From the NCBI GenBank assembly GCA_905236715.1, contig CAJOMQ010000001.1, forward strand, positions 7,211-71,210: a stretch of DNA of 64,000 nucleotides, in the 5' to 3' direction. This document shows, in pieces, positions 1 through 7,673 of the stretch; position 1 is the first letter of the stretch; each line of letters opens with the position of its first letter. The notes under the pieces are model-generated. The model did no database searches. It worked only from the letters and a program-made list of their open reading frames with translations, and was not told the origin of the DNA. Position numbers and translations under genes: made by a program. The DNA comes from an uncultured Bacilli bacterium. Its GTDB lineage: Bacteria; Bacillota_I; Bacilli_A; RFN20; CAG-826.

Positions 1-124
1 TATGTCTAAAAAAGAAAATAATATTTATTTTATGGGTGAAATGTTAGATATTGATGGAAGATGTGGTGGATATAATCTCCGTTACGCTCTTACCAGTGCG
101 ATAAAATTAGTGAAAGGCTTATGA
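1..124 (+). CDS. 3' end of a truncated CDS, possibly the C-terminus of an HI0933/BaiN-like flavoprotein
   Basis: Frame 2 reads ...MGEMLDIDGRCGGYNLRYALTSAIKLVKGL followed by TGA at 122-124. The DxDGxCGGYNL segment resembles, from memory, the conserved C-terminus of HI0933-family NAD(P)/FAD oxidoreductases. The fragment is too short to be sure. Confidence 0.3.
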   Translation, partial: MSKKENNIYFMGEMLDIDGRCGGYNLRYALTSAIKLVKGL

Positions 125-125
125 T

Positions 126-731
126 ATGGAATGGAAATTAATCGATGTTGTTAAGGAAACTAATCATCGCTATTTGAATTATTATACGATGCATTATGAA
201 ATAAAAGATGGTGACAAGACCAAATATTATGAATATTTTTTAGCGTCTCGTCACGATGAAGATAAATTATATGCCTTACACGCCACGACACGTCCAGATG
301 GCGTGATTATTCCCTGCTATTACATTGATGAAAAGGGAGAATATTATTTATTAATAACTTCCCAATTCCGTCCCGCTTTTAATCGTATTGTCACTTCTAT
401 GCCTGCCGGATTAATGGATCCTGAGGATGATATCTTTTCTTGTGCGAAAAGAGAAGCCTTAGAAGAAGGTGGTGTTATCATCGATAATTTAGAAATTATT
501 GCTCCTATCGGGCCAACTTCTTCCGGTTTTAGTGATGAAATTAATGCTATTGTCATGGGACAAATTGTTTCTTTTGCCTCTAATAAATTAGAAGAATTTG
601 AGGATATATCGGTCAAATTAATTAAAATAGAAGATTTATTAAAAATGCTTGATGATCCCCAATATTTCTTTGCGTTAAATGTCCGTTTACTCATCAAATA
701 TTTAGCTTTAAGATTTAAATATGAAAAATAA
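126..731 (+). CDS. NUDIX hydrolase (ADP-ribose pyrophosphatase-like)
   Basis: 201-aa ORF with a Nudix box GLMDPEDDIFSCAKREALEEGGV, matching GX5EX7REUXEEXGU. Confidence 0.8.
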   Translation: MEWKLIDVVKETNHRYLNYYTMHYEIKDGDKTKYYEYFLASRHDEDKLYALHATTRPDGVIIPCYYIDEKGEYYLLITSQFRPAFNRIVTSMPAGLMDPEDDIFSCAKREALEEGGVIIDNLEIIAPIGPTSSGFSDEINAIVMGQIVSFASNKLEEFEDISVKLIKIEDLLKMLDDPQYFFALNVRLLIKYLALRFKYEK

Positions 732-1299
732 AATTATTTTTTCTTCTCTAATAATTATTCCATTTATTTGCTGTTGTTCTTCTAATAAACAAATCAACAA
801 AGAAACCGCTTTAAAGCGTGCAAATAATTATGATTTAGAAACATTAGATGATTATGAAAATAACGTCAGTGTAGAAAATGTTTTCACTATTTCCGCTAGT
901 GGCGCATTTTCCGAAGATGGAGATTTATATAATTCTCTTCCGCAAGGAAAAACGGAAACCACTAATGAAAACAAAGAAATATATTTTTATGATAAACAAA
1001 AAATTGAAGATTTAGATTTATCTATTAAAACTAGTAATGGTGTCGAAACATCATATAAATTATTTGCCTATCTCGATAGTGGGCTCATTATTGAAAAATA
1101 CGCAAAGATTAAAACTAGTAGCAGTGGTATTCCCATCAAAGGATATGAAAAGACATTAACTTACATATTAGATGATGGAAGAGTGGAAAAAGTTCTCTTT
1201 TCTTCCCAAATTAGTGTTCAAAGTGACAAAGATGATTTCCAATTAACTGGAGAATATTCATACAATATTGATAAAAATATCACTTGGATAAAAAAATAG
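721..1299 (+). CDS. Putative lipoprotein, paralogue of 1361-1942
   Basis: Signal peptide MKNKIIFSSLIIIPFICCCSS with a Cys lipobox. It shares A-x-x-R-A-x-x-YD, Y(I/V)LDDGR(V/I)EK and a C-terminal TW-x-x-K with the next ORF. Its start overlaps the NUDIX stop. Confidence 0.65.
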   Translation: MKNKIIFSSLIIIPFICCCSSNKQINKETALKRANNYDLETLDDYENNVSVENVFTISASGAFSEDGDLYNSLPQGKTETTNENKEIYFYDKQKIEDLDLSIKTSNGVETSYKLFAYLDSGLIIEKYAKIKTSSSGIPIKGYEKTLTYILDDGRVEKVLFSSQISVQSDKDDFQLTGEYSYNIDKNITWIKK

Positions 1300-1360
1300 T
1301 TAGCCATATGCATAAAATAAAGATAGAATAAGTACGTTAGTTAACAAATAGGAGGATAAT

Positions 1361-1942
1361 ATGAGAAAATCATTTGTTAAATTATTAACATTGGCCCCTG
1401 TTGCGCTAGTCGCATTGACAGCCTGCGAGGCTAAATTGTCAGAAGACAAAGCCAAAGAAAGAGCAGAAGGTTATGATCCTGCTGTCGTTGAAAATTACGA
1501 AAGCGTTACCATCAAAACTTCCTACAGCAAAAAAGAAGCCAAAGGTTCAATCTTTGAAATGATGATTGAATTCTTGGAAGATGACGAATATGAGGAAGAT
1601 CCTGAATTATGCTTCTTCACCCTTGATTTAGTGGATGAAGCAGCCGCGGAAATCGGCGATGAAGGTGAACTTACCACAACATATTACAGCTACAAGAAGA
1701 CCGGTTTAAAAGTCGTCATTAACGGTAACGTAAAAAAAGAAAAAACGGACGATGAACCTTATAGCATGGAAATGAAAACATCTTCAACAATCTATGTTTT
1801 AGATGATGGCCGTATTGAAAAACAAGAAATGTCCATCAGTGGTAAATCCGAAGGTTCAATGGAAGTTTTTGGTCAAACCTTTGATTTCTCTGGTTCTATT
1901 GATGTCAAAGGCACCCAAACTTTTACTTGGAATGCCAAATAA
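1361..1942 (+). CDS. Putative lipoprotein, paralogue of 721-1299
   Basis: Signal peptide with lipobox LVALTAC. A strong SD (aggagg) lies upstream. It shares motifs with the preceding ORF. Confidence 0.7.
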   Translation: MRKSFVKLLTLAPVALVALTACEAKLSEDKAKERAEGYDPAVVENYESVTIKTSYSKKEAKGSIFEMMIEFLEDDEYEEDPELCFFTLDLVDEAAAEIGDEGELTTTYYSYKKTGLKVVINGNVKKEKTDDEPYSMEMKTSSTIYVLDDGRIEKQEMSISGKSEGSMEVFGQTFDFSGSIDVKGTQTFTWNAK

Positions 1943-1960
1943 TTAATCTAAAAAACCATA

Positions 1961-1986
1961 AAAAGGAGCGTTTGCTCCTTTTTATT
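1961..1986. terminator. Bidirectional intrinsic terminator between the lipoprotein gene (+) and msrA (-)
   Basis: Hairpin aaaaggagc-gttt-gctcctttt, with an A-run on the 5' side and a T-run on the 3' side. Confidence 0.7.
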
Positions 1987-2470
1987 TTGCCTTTTTTGGT
2001 AGAGGTATATGACAATATCCGTGTGGATTTTTATCTAAATAATCTTGGTGATATTCTTCCGCAGGATAATAATTTTTTAATAATTCAATTTTTATTGCAA
2101 ATGGACCCTTGTTAAGTTCTTTTTCTTTTTTACTGAAAAAGAGTCTTATTAATGCCAATTCTTTTTCGTCATCGCTAAAGACCGCGGTGCGATATTGTTC
2201 TCCATAATCTTCCCCTTGATGATTGATAGAATAGGGGTTAATCACGGATATATATTTTTCTAATAATTGTACAATACTTACAATATTTTCATCATATATA
2301 ATCTTTAAAGTTTCGGCATGATTTGCGCGATGCGCTTTCAAATCGTCATATGATGGATGAGCCATATTTCCATTAGCGTAACCAACTTCGGTATCGATAA
2401 CTCCATCAATTAATTTGAAATAGGCTTCCATGCCCCAAAAACAACCACCCGCTAAAAATAATGTTTTCAT
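1982..2470 (-). CDS. msrA: Peptide-methionine (S)-S-oxide reductase
   Basis: 162 aa with the N-terminal GGCFWGME active-site motif and EYHQDYL near the C-terminus. Confidence 0.92.
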   Translation of the reverse strand: MKTLFLAGGCFWGMEAYFKLIDGVIDTEVGYANGNMAHPSYDDLKAHRANHAETLKIIYDENIVSIVQLLEKYISVINPYSINHQGEDYGEQYRTAVFSDDEKELALIRLFFSKKEKELNKGPFAIKIELLKNYYPAEEYHQDYLDKNPHGYCHIPLPKKAK

Positions 2471-2547
2471 GATAATACTATAGTAGCATTATCATTTAAT
2501 TGAAAATAATTTTCAATAAGTGCAAAATACTAAATAGAGGTCTAACT

Positions 2548-2736
2548 ATGGATATTAGTAAATATGCAATGTTAAAAGCGATTGTGCCGCAGAAAGATTT
2601 TGTTTCTGTTTCACAAATTAAAAGCGAATTAAATGTCACTAACCAAGAGGCAGAAGAAATGATTTCTAATCTGGCCCAAGAAGGCATGGTGGAATCTTAT
2701 CCTGTTGATGGTTTACATTTTCGCGTTATCAAATAA
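2548..2736 (+). CDS. Small (62 aa) winged-helix-like protein of unknown function
   Basis: I prefer the internal ATG at 2548 over 2500 because agagg lies 7-8 nt upstream. VSVSQIKSELNVTNQEAEEMISNLAQEGMVE looks like a wHTH. It sits directly upstream of an ABC transporter pair. Confidence 0.45.
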   Translation: MDISKYAMLKAIVPQKDFVSVSQIKSELNVTNQEAEEMISNLAQEGMVESYPVDGLHFRVIK

Positions 2737-2750
2737 AGGAAAATATTTAA

Positions 2751-3638
2751 ATGATTGAAATTAAACAAGTTGTTAAAAAATTTGGTAAAAAAATCGCCGT
2801 TAATAACCTCACCACACAAATCGGTAGTGGTATCACCGGTTTAGTTGGTGAAAATGGCGCTGGTAAATCAACATTATTTCGTCTTATTTCTGGAGTATAT
2901 ATCCCAAATAACGGTCAAATTACCGTTGATGGCTATCCTCACGATAGTAAGAAAGCCAAAGAAAGCGTCTTCTTTTTAGCGGATGAACCATTTTTTAATT
3001 TAGGTGATACGCCCTCTACTTTATATAAATCTTACGCAACGTTTTTTGATGTTGATGAAAAGAAATATTTTTCTTTAATCAAAAAATTTGGACTACCAAA
3101 AGATAAGACATTACAAACTTTTTCTAAAGGTATGCGTCGACAAGCTTTTATTGCCATGTCTTTATCCATAAATGTGAAATATCTCTTATTAGATGAAGCT
3201 TTTGATGGTTTGGACCCCTTAGTTTTGGAATCCATCAAAGATGAAATTTCCCAAAAAGCCAAAACCGGTGCTTCCATTGTCATTTCCACTCATAATATTT
3301 CTCTATTAGACAAATTAGCGGACCAATTTATTGTTTTATCGCGCGGTCGCTTAGCGAATACCAAAGAAAATGTTGATCAAGCCGATATGATGATTAAAGT
3401 GCAGTTGCTCTTTAAAAAAGATCATCCAATCGAAGATTTCCAAAATGTGGGAATTGATATTTTCCAAATGGAAAAAATCGGTTCCATCACCCACATTGTC
3501 TTATTAGATGATGCAGAATTAGAAAACAAAATCAATCAAATTGAAAAGCCTGTATTAATGGAAAGAATACCATTAAGTCGAGAAGATACGATTAAATTAG
3601 TGATGCAATCCGCCAAAGGAGGTAAACAAAATGTCTAA
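2751..3638 (+). CDS. ABC transporter ATP-binding protein (ABC-2 type) with a C-terminal extra domain
   Basis: Walker A GENGAGKST, signature-like FSKGMRRQ and Walker B LLLDEAFDGLD. Confidence 0.9.
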   Translation: MIEIKQVVKKFGKKIAVNNLTTQIGSGITGLVGENGAGKSTLFRLISGVYIPNNGQITVDGYPHDSKKAKESVFFLADEPFFNLGDTPSTLYKSYATFFDVDEKKYFSLIKKFGLPKDKTLQTFSKGMRRQAFIAMSLSINVKYLLLDEAFDGLDPLVLESIKDEISQKAKTGASIVISTHNISLLDKLADQFIVLSRGRLANTKENVDQADMMIKVQLLFKKDHPIEDFQNVGIDIFQMEKIGSITHIVLLDDAELENKINQIEKPVLMERIPLSREDTIKLVMQSAKGGKQNV

Positions 3639-4755
3639 ATTTATTTCCTGGCAATTAAAAAGATGGCTTTTGCCAATCTTAATTATTACTAGTACTTTAA
3701 CTTTAACTGTTGTTTTCAGTGCTATTTCTGAACCAGTTAGCTATTTATCTTATTGTCTTGAAGAAGATAATTGTTTCGTTTCAGAAACACCAAGCACACT
3801 TTTCTTCATGCTGATTATTTATTCTTCGTTGATGGCCTTTATTTTCCCACTTATCATGTTCAATTATAAATTCGGCATTAGAAGAGCGGATTTTTATAAG
3901 CAATTACCTTTTAAACCCAAACAATTAAGAAGAACTATTTTCCTTCTTGGTTTAACTGTTACTTTAGTTTGTGTCTCCATCATATTTGCATTGTGTTTTG
4001 GTATTTATGCACTCAGGTATTTTGCTACAGATATTACAAAAATATCATCTACTGCAGTCTTGATAGATATTCAATGGAAATATCTTGGTTATTTCTATCT
4101 TTTGTTAATAGGTTCGACATTTTCAACATTCTCTTTACATTCATTATTTGTCTTCCGTAACGCGAATATTTTCGAAGGTATTGTAGCTGGTGTATTAGCG
4201 CAAGTTTTGCTTAACCTTCTACCTTTTGGAATTTTAAGTCAAGTCGCTATTATTTATCCCGTTATTACAGGGGAAACATTTTCCATACCTTCCATCTTTT
4301 TAGGTGTCGCCGCACCAGCCGCTGCTAGTTTCAATTTGAACCAATTATTTACTTCTTCCGCGAAGGCTATTGATAAAAGTATTTTCTGGAATGTGCCATC
4401 TTATTTATTATTTGGCCTTGGTTCTTTCTTATATCTATTTATGGAAAAAGATCGTTCTTCCGATATCGAAAACGAAAGAGGAAGACCATCTGCGGTCACT
4501 TTAATAGCGTTACATGGTGGTTTTTTGGCAGTCCTCTTAATGTTTGATTGCGTTGAAATTATCTCTCTTTATGTCCCATTAATTTTATGGACTTTTACCA
4601 CAGCAATTTATTATTTCATTAATGTCTTATTTGCCGCTGGCTTCAAATTTAAATTATCGCAATGGCTCCCCTTTACGCTTGTTGCCATCATCGCTTTTGC
4701 GGAAATATTTATCTTAAACTACTTTTCTTCGCAATTATGCTTATTTAATTGCTAG
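3631..4755 (+). CDS. Polytopic membrane protein, probable permease partner of the ABC ATPase
   Basis: 374 aa and very hydrophobic, with many predicted TM segments. Its start overlaps the ATPase stop by 8 nt, which suggests translational coupling. Confidence 0.6.
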   Translation: MSKFISWQLKRWLLPILIITSTLTLTVVFSAISEPVSYLSYCLEEDNCFVSETPSTLFFMLIIYSSLMAFIFPLIMFNYKFGIRRADFYKQLPFKPKQLRRTIFLLGLTVTLVCVSIIFALCFGIYALRYFATDITKISSTAVLIDIQWKYLGYFYLLLIGSTFSTFSLHSLFVFRNANIFEGIVAGVLAQVLLNLLPFGILSQVAIIYPVITGETFSIPSIFLGVAAPAAASFNLNQLFTSSAKAIDKSIFWNVPSYLLFGLGSFLYLFMEKDRSSDIENERGRPSAVTLIALHGGFLAVLLMFDCVEIISLYVPLILWTFTTAIYYFINVLFAAGFKFKLSQWLPFTLVAIIAFAEIFILNYFSSQLCLFNC

Positions 4756-4808
4756 CGGAAATCAATAATTCTGATATACAATATAAAAAAATTTGAAGAA
4801 CTTTTATT

Positions 4809-5480
4809 ATGACAACATTTGCATGGATTAAATTGATCATTGTACTAGCCTTTATTGCCGTAATCGTTTTACTTTCGATAAACAAATTAACGCCAAAAAA
4901 GCATTTAATTTCGACGAAAATGATTACTGCGACTGGTATCTTAACAGCGGTAGAAATAGTTTTACAAATTGCTGGTAATTTTATCGCTATTGGACCAGTA
5001 AGTATTAATTTATCCCTTATTCCGATTGCTTTAGGCGCTATATTATATGGCCCATTTTGTGGAGCATTCCTCGGATTTATTAATGGATTATCGGTATTAT
5101 TTGCTCCCTCCACATTAGCGGTATTTATGCCCATTAATCCCGTTGCTACTATTTTCTTATGTATTTTGAAATCTACATTAGCAGGATTATTTGCGGGATT
5201 AATTTATTTACCATTCAAAGAAAAACGCCAATTTGTGGGTTCTATCATCGCATCGATGATTGTTCCGATTGTTAATACTGGCTTATTTGCCATTGGTTCT
5301 TTAATATTCTTTAGACCATTTTTAGACGCTGTAGCGGTGGGATTCCCTAATTTATACGCCGCTTTATTTATCGGTGTTATTGGCTGGAATTTTGTCTTTG
5401 AATTTTTGGTTAATACCGCTTTATCTCCAGCTTTAGCGCGTGTAGTAAAAATAATGCAACATAAACAAGTTTATGCCTAA
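4809..5480 (+). CDS. ECF-transporter S (substrate-capture) component-like membrane protein, folate-family-like
   Basis: 223 aa with ~6 TM segments. ITATGILTAVEIVLQ ... IPIALGAILYGPFCGAFLGFINGL matches the pattern typical of ECF S components. Confidence 0.55.
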   Translation: MTTFAWIKLIIVLAFIAVIVLLSINKLTPKKHLISTKMITATGILTAVEIVLQIAGNFIAIGPVSINLSLIPIALGAILYGPFCGAFLGFINGLSVLFAPSTLAVFMPINPVATIFLCILKSTLAGLFAGLIYLPFKEKRQFVGSIIASMIVPIVNTGLFAIGSLIFFRPFLDAVAVGFPNLYAALFIGVIGWNFVFEFLVNTALSPALARVVKIMQHKQVYA

Positions 5481-6114
5481 TATGAAAAAATATAATTACT
5501 ACCTATTTGATTTTGATGGCACATTATTTGATACGATAAAAGCGAACCAGAGAGTCTTTATCGAAGCTTTTGCTTATATCAATATCCCCATTAAAGCGGA
5601 AGATGTTTTAGGCTATACTCGTGTTCCTATTCCCGAAACTTATGAAAAATTAGGTGGTAAAGAAGAAGATGTCGAACGCTTTGGCGAGAAAATCATTTCT
5701 TTAGTTAATGATCAAACCACAGTCAATCTTACCGAAATATATGATGATACATATGACACACTTCTCGATTTAAGATTACAAGAAGCGACTTTAGGTATTG
5801 TGACTAGCAATAATGTCAAGCATGTCGGTGATATCTTAAAGAAATTTTCCATGAATGAATTATTTTTCACCATTTTAGTGGGTAATCAAGAAGCTCCTAT
5901 TCCGAAACCTGACGCTCAACCGATAAATGTCGCCATAGAAATGTTGCATTATCAGGGTGATAGAAAAGATATTGTCTATATCGGGGACGCGATGAATGAT
6001 GTCATCGCCGCGCATAATGCCCATATTGATGCGATATTGATAGATCGAAATAATGAATATCCCGATAGTGATGATTACCTTCGTATCACCTCATTAAAGG
6101 AATTATTGGAATAA
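5473..6114 (+). CDS. HAD-superfamily phosphatase (phosphoglycolate phosphatase-like)
   Basis: Motif I FDFDGTLFDT, motif II VTSN and motif IV GDAMNDV. The true start could be the ATG at 5482. Confidence 0.85.
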   Translation: MPNMKKYNYYLFDFDGTLFDTIKANQRVFIEAFAYINIPIKAEDVLGYTRVPIPETYEKLGGKEEDVERFGEKIISLVNDQTTVNLTEIYDDTYDTLLDLRLQEATLGIVTSNNVKHVGDILKKFSMNELFFTILVGNQEAPIPKPDAQPINVAIEMLHYQGDRKDIVYIGDAMNDVIAAHNAHIDAILIDRNNEYPDSDDYLRITSLKELLE

Positions 6115-6133
6115 GGCCGCAAGGTCTTTTTTT
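6113..6133 (+). terminator. Intrinsic terminator after the HAD gene
   Basis: aaggcc-GCAA-ggtctt stem (one G-U pair) followed by a T-run. Confidence 0.5.
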
Positions 6134-6145
6134 CTACTCGTTTAT

Positions 6146-6192
6146 TAAAGTAAAAATATATAATTAAAAATTTCTTTGAAATTTTTACTTTA
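6146..6192. repeat. 12-bp perfect inverted repeat (taaagtaaaaat / atttttacttta) with a 23-nt spacer
   Basis: The arms are at 6146-6157 and 6181-6192, read directly from the sequence. The repeat lies in the promoter region of the Sel1-repeat gene. Confidence 0.6.
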
Positions 6193-6237
6193 CAAATAAT
6201 TATATATATGCTATGTTAGTTTTGCGGAGGTTTTTGT

Positions 6238-7077
6238 ATGTTAGAAGAAGTAGATGTTGAATCCTTAAAAAAGAAAGTAAAAATCGGTGATCCAGCGGCG
6301 ATGGTGGAATTAGCGGATTACCATCGTAGCCAAAATGAAGACAACGAAGCTTTTCGTTTATTATCGAGAGCAGTGTTATTTTCTTACGCGAAAGCAGAAA
6401 GAAGATTGGGCTATTTTTATGAAAAAGGCATTGGCTGCCAAGTCGATTATGAAAAAGCTTTCCATTATTACCAATTAGCGGCTTCACATGGTGATGAAAA
6501 AGCGAAATATAATCTCGCTGTGTTATATAACTTGGACAAAGGTTGTGAACAAAATAGTGAAAAAGCTTTCCAATTAGCCAAAGAAAGTTCCCTTAGTTAT
6601 TATGGTAAAGCCTTTCTCTTACTAGCCTATTTCTATGAACACGCAGTGGGATGCGAACTAGATTATGAAAAAGCCCTTGATTGCTATTTAAAAGCCCTTG
6701 ATGCAGGAGAAAAAAATATTTATCACAAATTAGGTCAATATGCCTATTATGGCTATGGTCAAGAACAGAATTTATCTTTAGCGTTCTCCTATTTCTATAA
6801 AGGGGCTAACGAAAAAGAAAAAGCCTGCTATTACTATTTAGGGGCGATGTACGCCAAAGGCGAAGGAGAAAATAAAGACCTCACCAAAGCCTGCTATTGG
6901 TATCAACAAGGTGCTAATTCTGGTGATCCCAAAAGCATGTATAACCTCGCTTTATATTATGAAAATGGTATCTATGTCCCCAAAGATATGGATAAAGCCA
7001 TTTATTGGTTAAAAAAATCAGCGGCCTTAGGTTTTGATTTAGCCATCAACAAAATGCAACTTCTGCAAAATAAATAA
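6238..7077 (+). CDS. Sel1-like (TPR-family) repeat protein, no signal peptide
   Basis: Repeated ~36-aa units of the form A-x-x-(W/Y)Y-x-x-(A/G)A-x-x-G-(D/E)-x-x-(A/S)-x-Y-N-L-(A/G)-x-x-Y. A ggagg SD lies upstream. Confidence 0.85.
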   Translation: MLEEVDVESLKKKVKIGDPAAMVELADYHRSQNEDNEAFRLLSRAVLFSYAKAERRLGYFYEKGIGCQVDYEKAFHYYQLAASHGDEKAKYNLAVLYNLDKGCEQNSEKAFQLAKESSLSYYGKAFLLLAYFYEHAVGCELDYEKALDCYLKALDAGEKNIYHKLGQYAYYGYGQEQNLSLAFSYFYKGANEKEKACYYYLGAMYAKGEGENKDLTKACYWYQQGANSGDPKSMYNLALYYENGIYVPKDMDKAIYWLKKSAALGFDLAINKMQLLQNK

Positions 7078-7099
7078 AAATAAAAATACAAATACCTTA

Positions 7100-7128
7100 T
7101 TGCGTTAATTATAAATTAATGATATTAT
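7100..7128 (+). promoter_or_regulatory. Candidate sigma-70-type promoter of the rimP-nusA-infB operon
   Basis: TTGCGT (7100-7105), 17 nt, then TATTAT (7123-7128). Confidence 0.4.
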
Positions 7129-7162
7129 CAATGAGCATCGCAAGATGTACAATACTCTGTAA

Positions 7163-7191
7163 AGAGTGGCCAGTCGCCACTCTTTGTTTTT
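7163..7191 (+). terminator. Leader terminator/attenuator immediately upstream of rimP
   Basis: 8-bp stem agagtggc/gccactct with loop cagtc, then TTTGTTTTT. It ends 9 nt before the rimP ATG. Confidence 0.6.
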
Positions 7192-7200
7192 AAAGGATAT

Positions 7201-7659
7201 ATGGATTTAGCAAATTTAACAAAGTTAATCGCAGAAAAATTAAAGTCTCACGGCTATGAATTAATTTCTTTAAACCAAAGAAATGAAAAAGGTGAGAATA
7301 TTCTTTCCATTGTGGTTGATCGTGTCGAACCAATCGATATGGAAGCCATCGTCGATATTTCTCATGTTCTTAACGATTACCTAGATGAATTAAATCCCAT
7401 TGAATCATCCTATACCCTAGATATTTCCTCTCTCGGCGCGGAAAAACCCCTCAAAGTGGAACAATTAGATAAATATGTGAACCGTTATGTTCATGTCCAT
7501 CTCATTAACCCCATCGAAGGAGAAAATATCTACGAAGGTGAATTGTCTGAAGTGAAGGAAGAAAATATCGTTCTTCTTTATAAAATAAAGACAAGAAATA
7601 AAACTGTTGATATTAAAAAAACAAATATATCAAAAATCCGTTTAGCAATTAAATTTTAA
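7201..7659 (+). CDS. rimP: Ribosome maturation factor RimP
   Basis: 152 aa, in the conserved position upstream of nusA, with the typical RimP pattern (LEVSSPG-like ISSLGAEKPL). Confidence 0.88.
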   Translation: MDLANLTKLIAEKLKSHGYELISLNQRNEKGENILSIVVDRVEPIDMEAIVDISHVLNDYLDELNPIESSYTLDISSLGAEKPLKVEQLDKYVNRYVHVHLINPIEGENIYEGELSEVKEENIVLLYKIKTRNKTVDIKKTNISKIRLAIKF

Positions 7660-7673
7660 GGAGAATTTATTTT

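Noticed and set aside
344-697. Antisense ORFs from the six-frame track that lie inside well-supported genes. Examples: 344-697, 3032-3289, 4745-5134, 6200-6487, 7667-7942, 7946-8146, 8298-8480, 8870-9214, 9087-9269, 9858-10190, 10548-10733, 11559-11837.
   Set aside because: Each is fully contained in, and antisense or out of frame to, a CDS with strong family motifs. Their products are low-complexity or Ser/Leu/Phe-rich shadow translations with no start-site signals.
1927-2115. 62-aa + strand ORF spanning the lipoprotein/msrA junction.
   Set aside because: It runs through a bidirectional terminator and is antisense to the conserved C-terminus of msrA, so it is very unlikely to be real.
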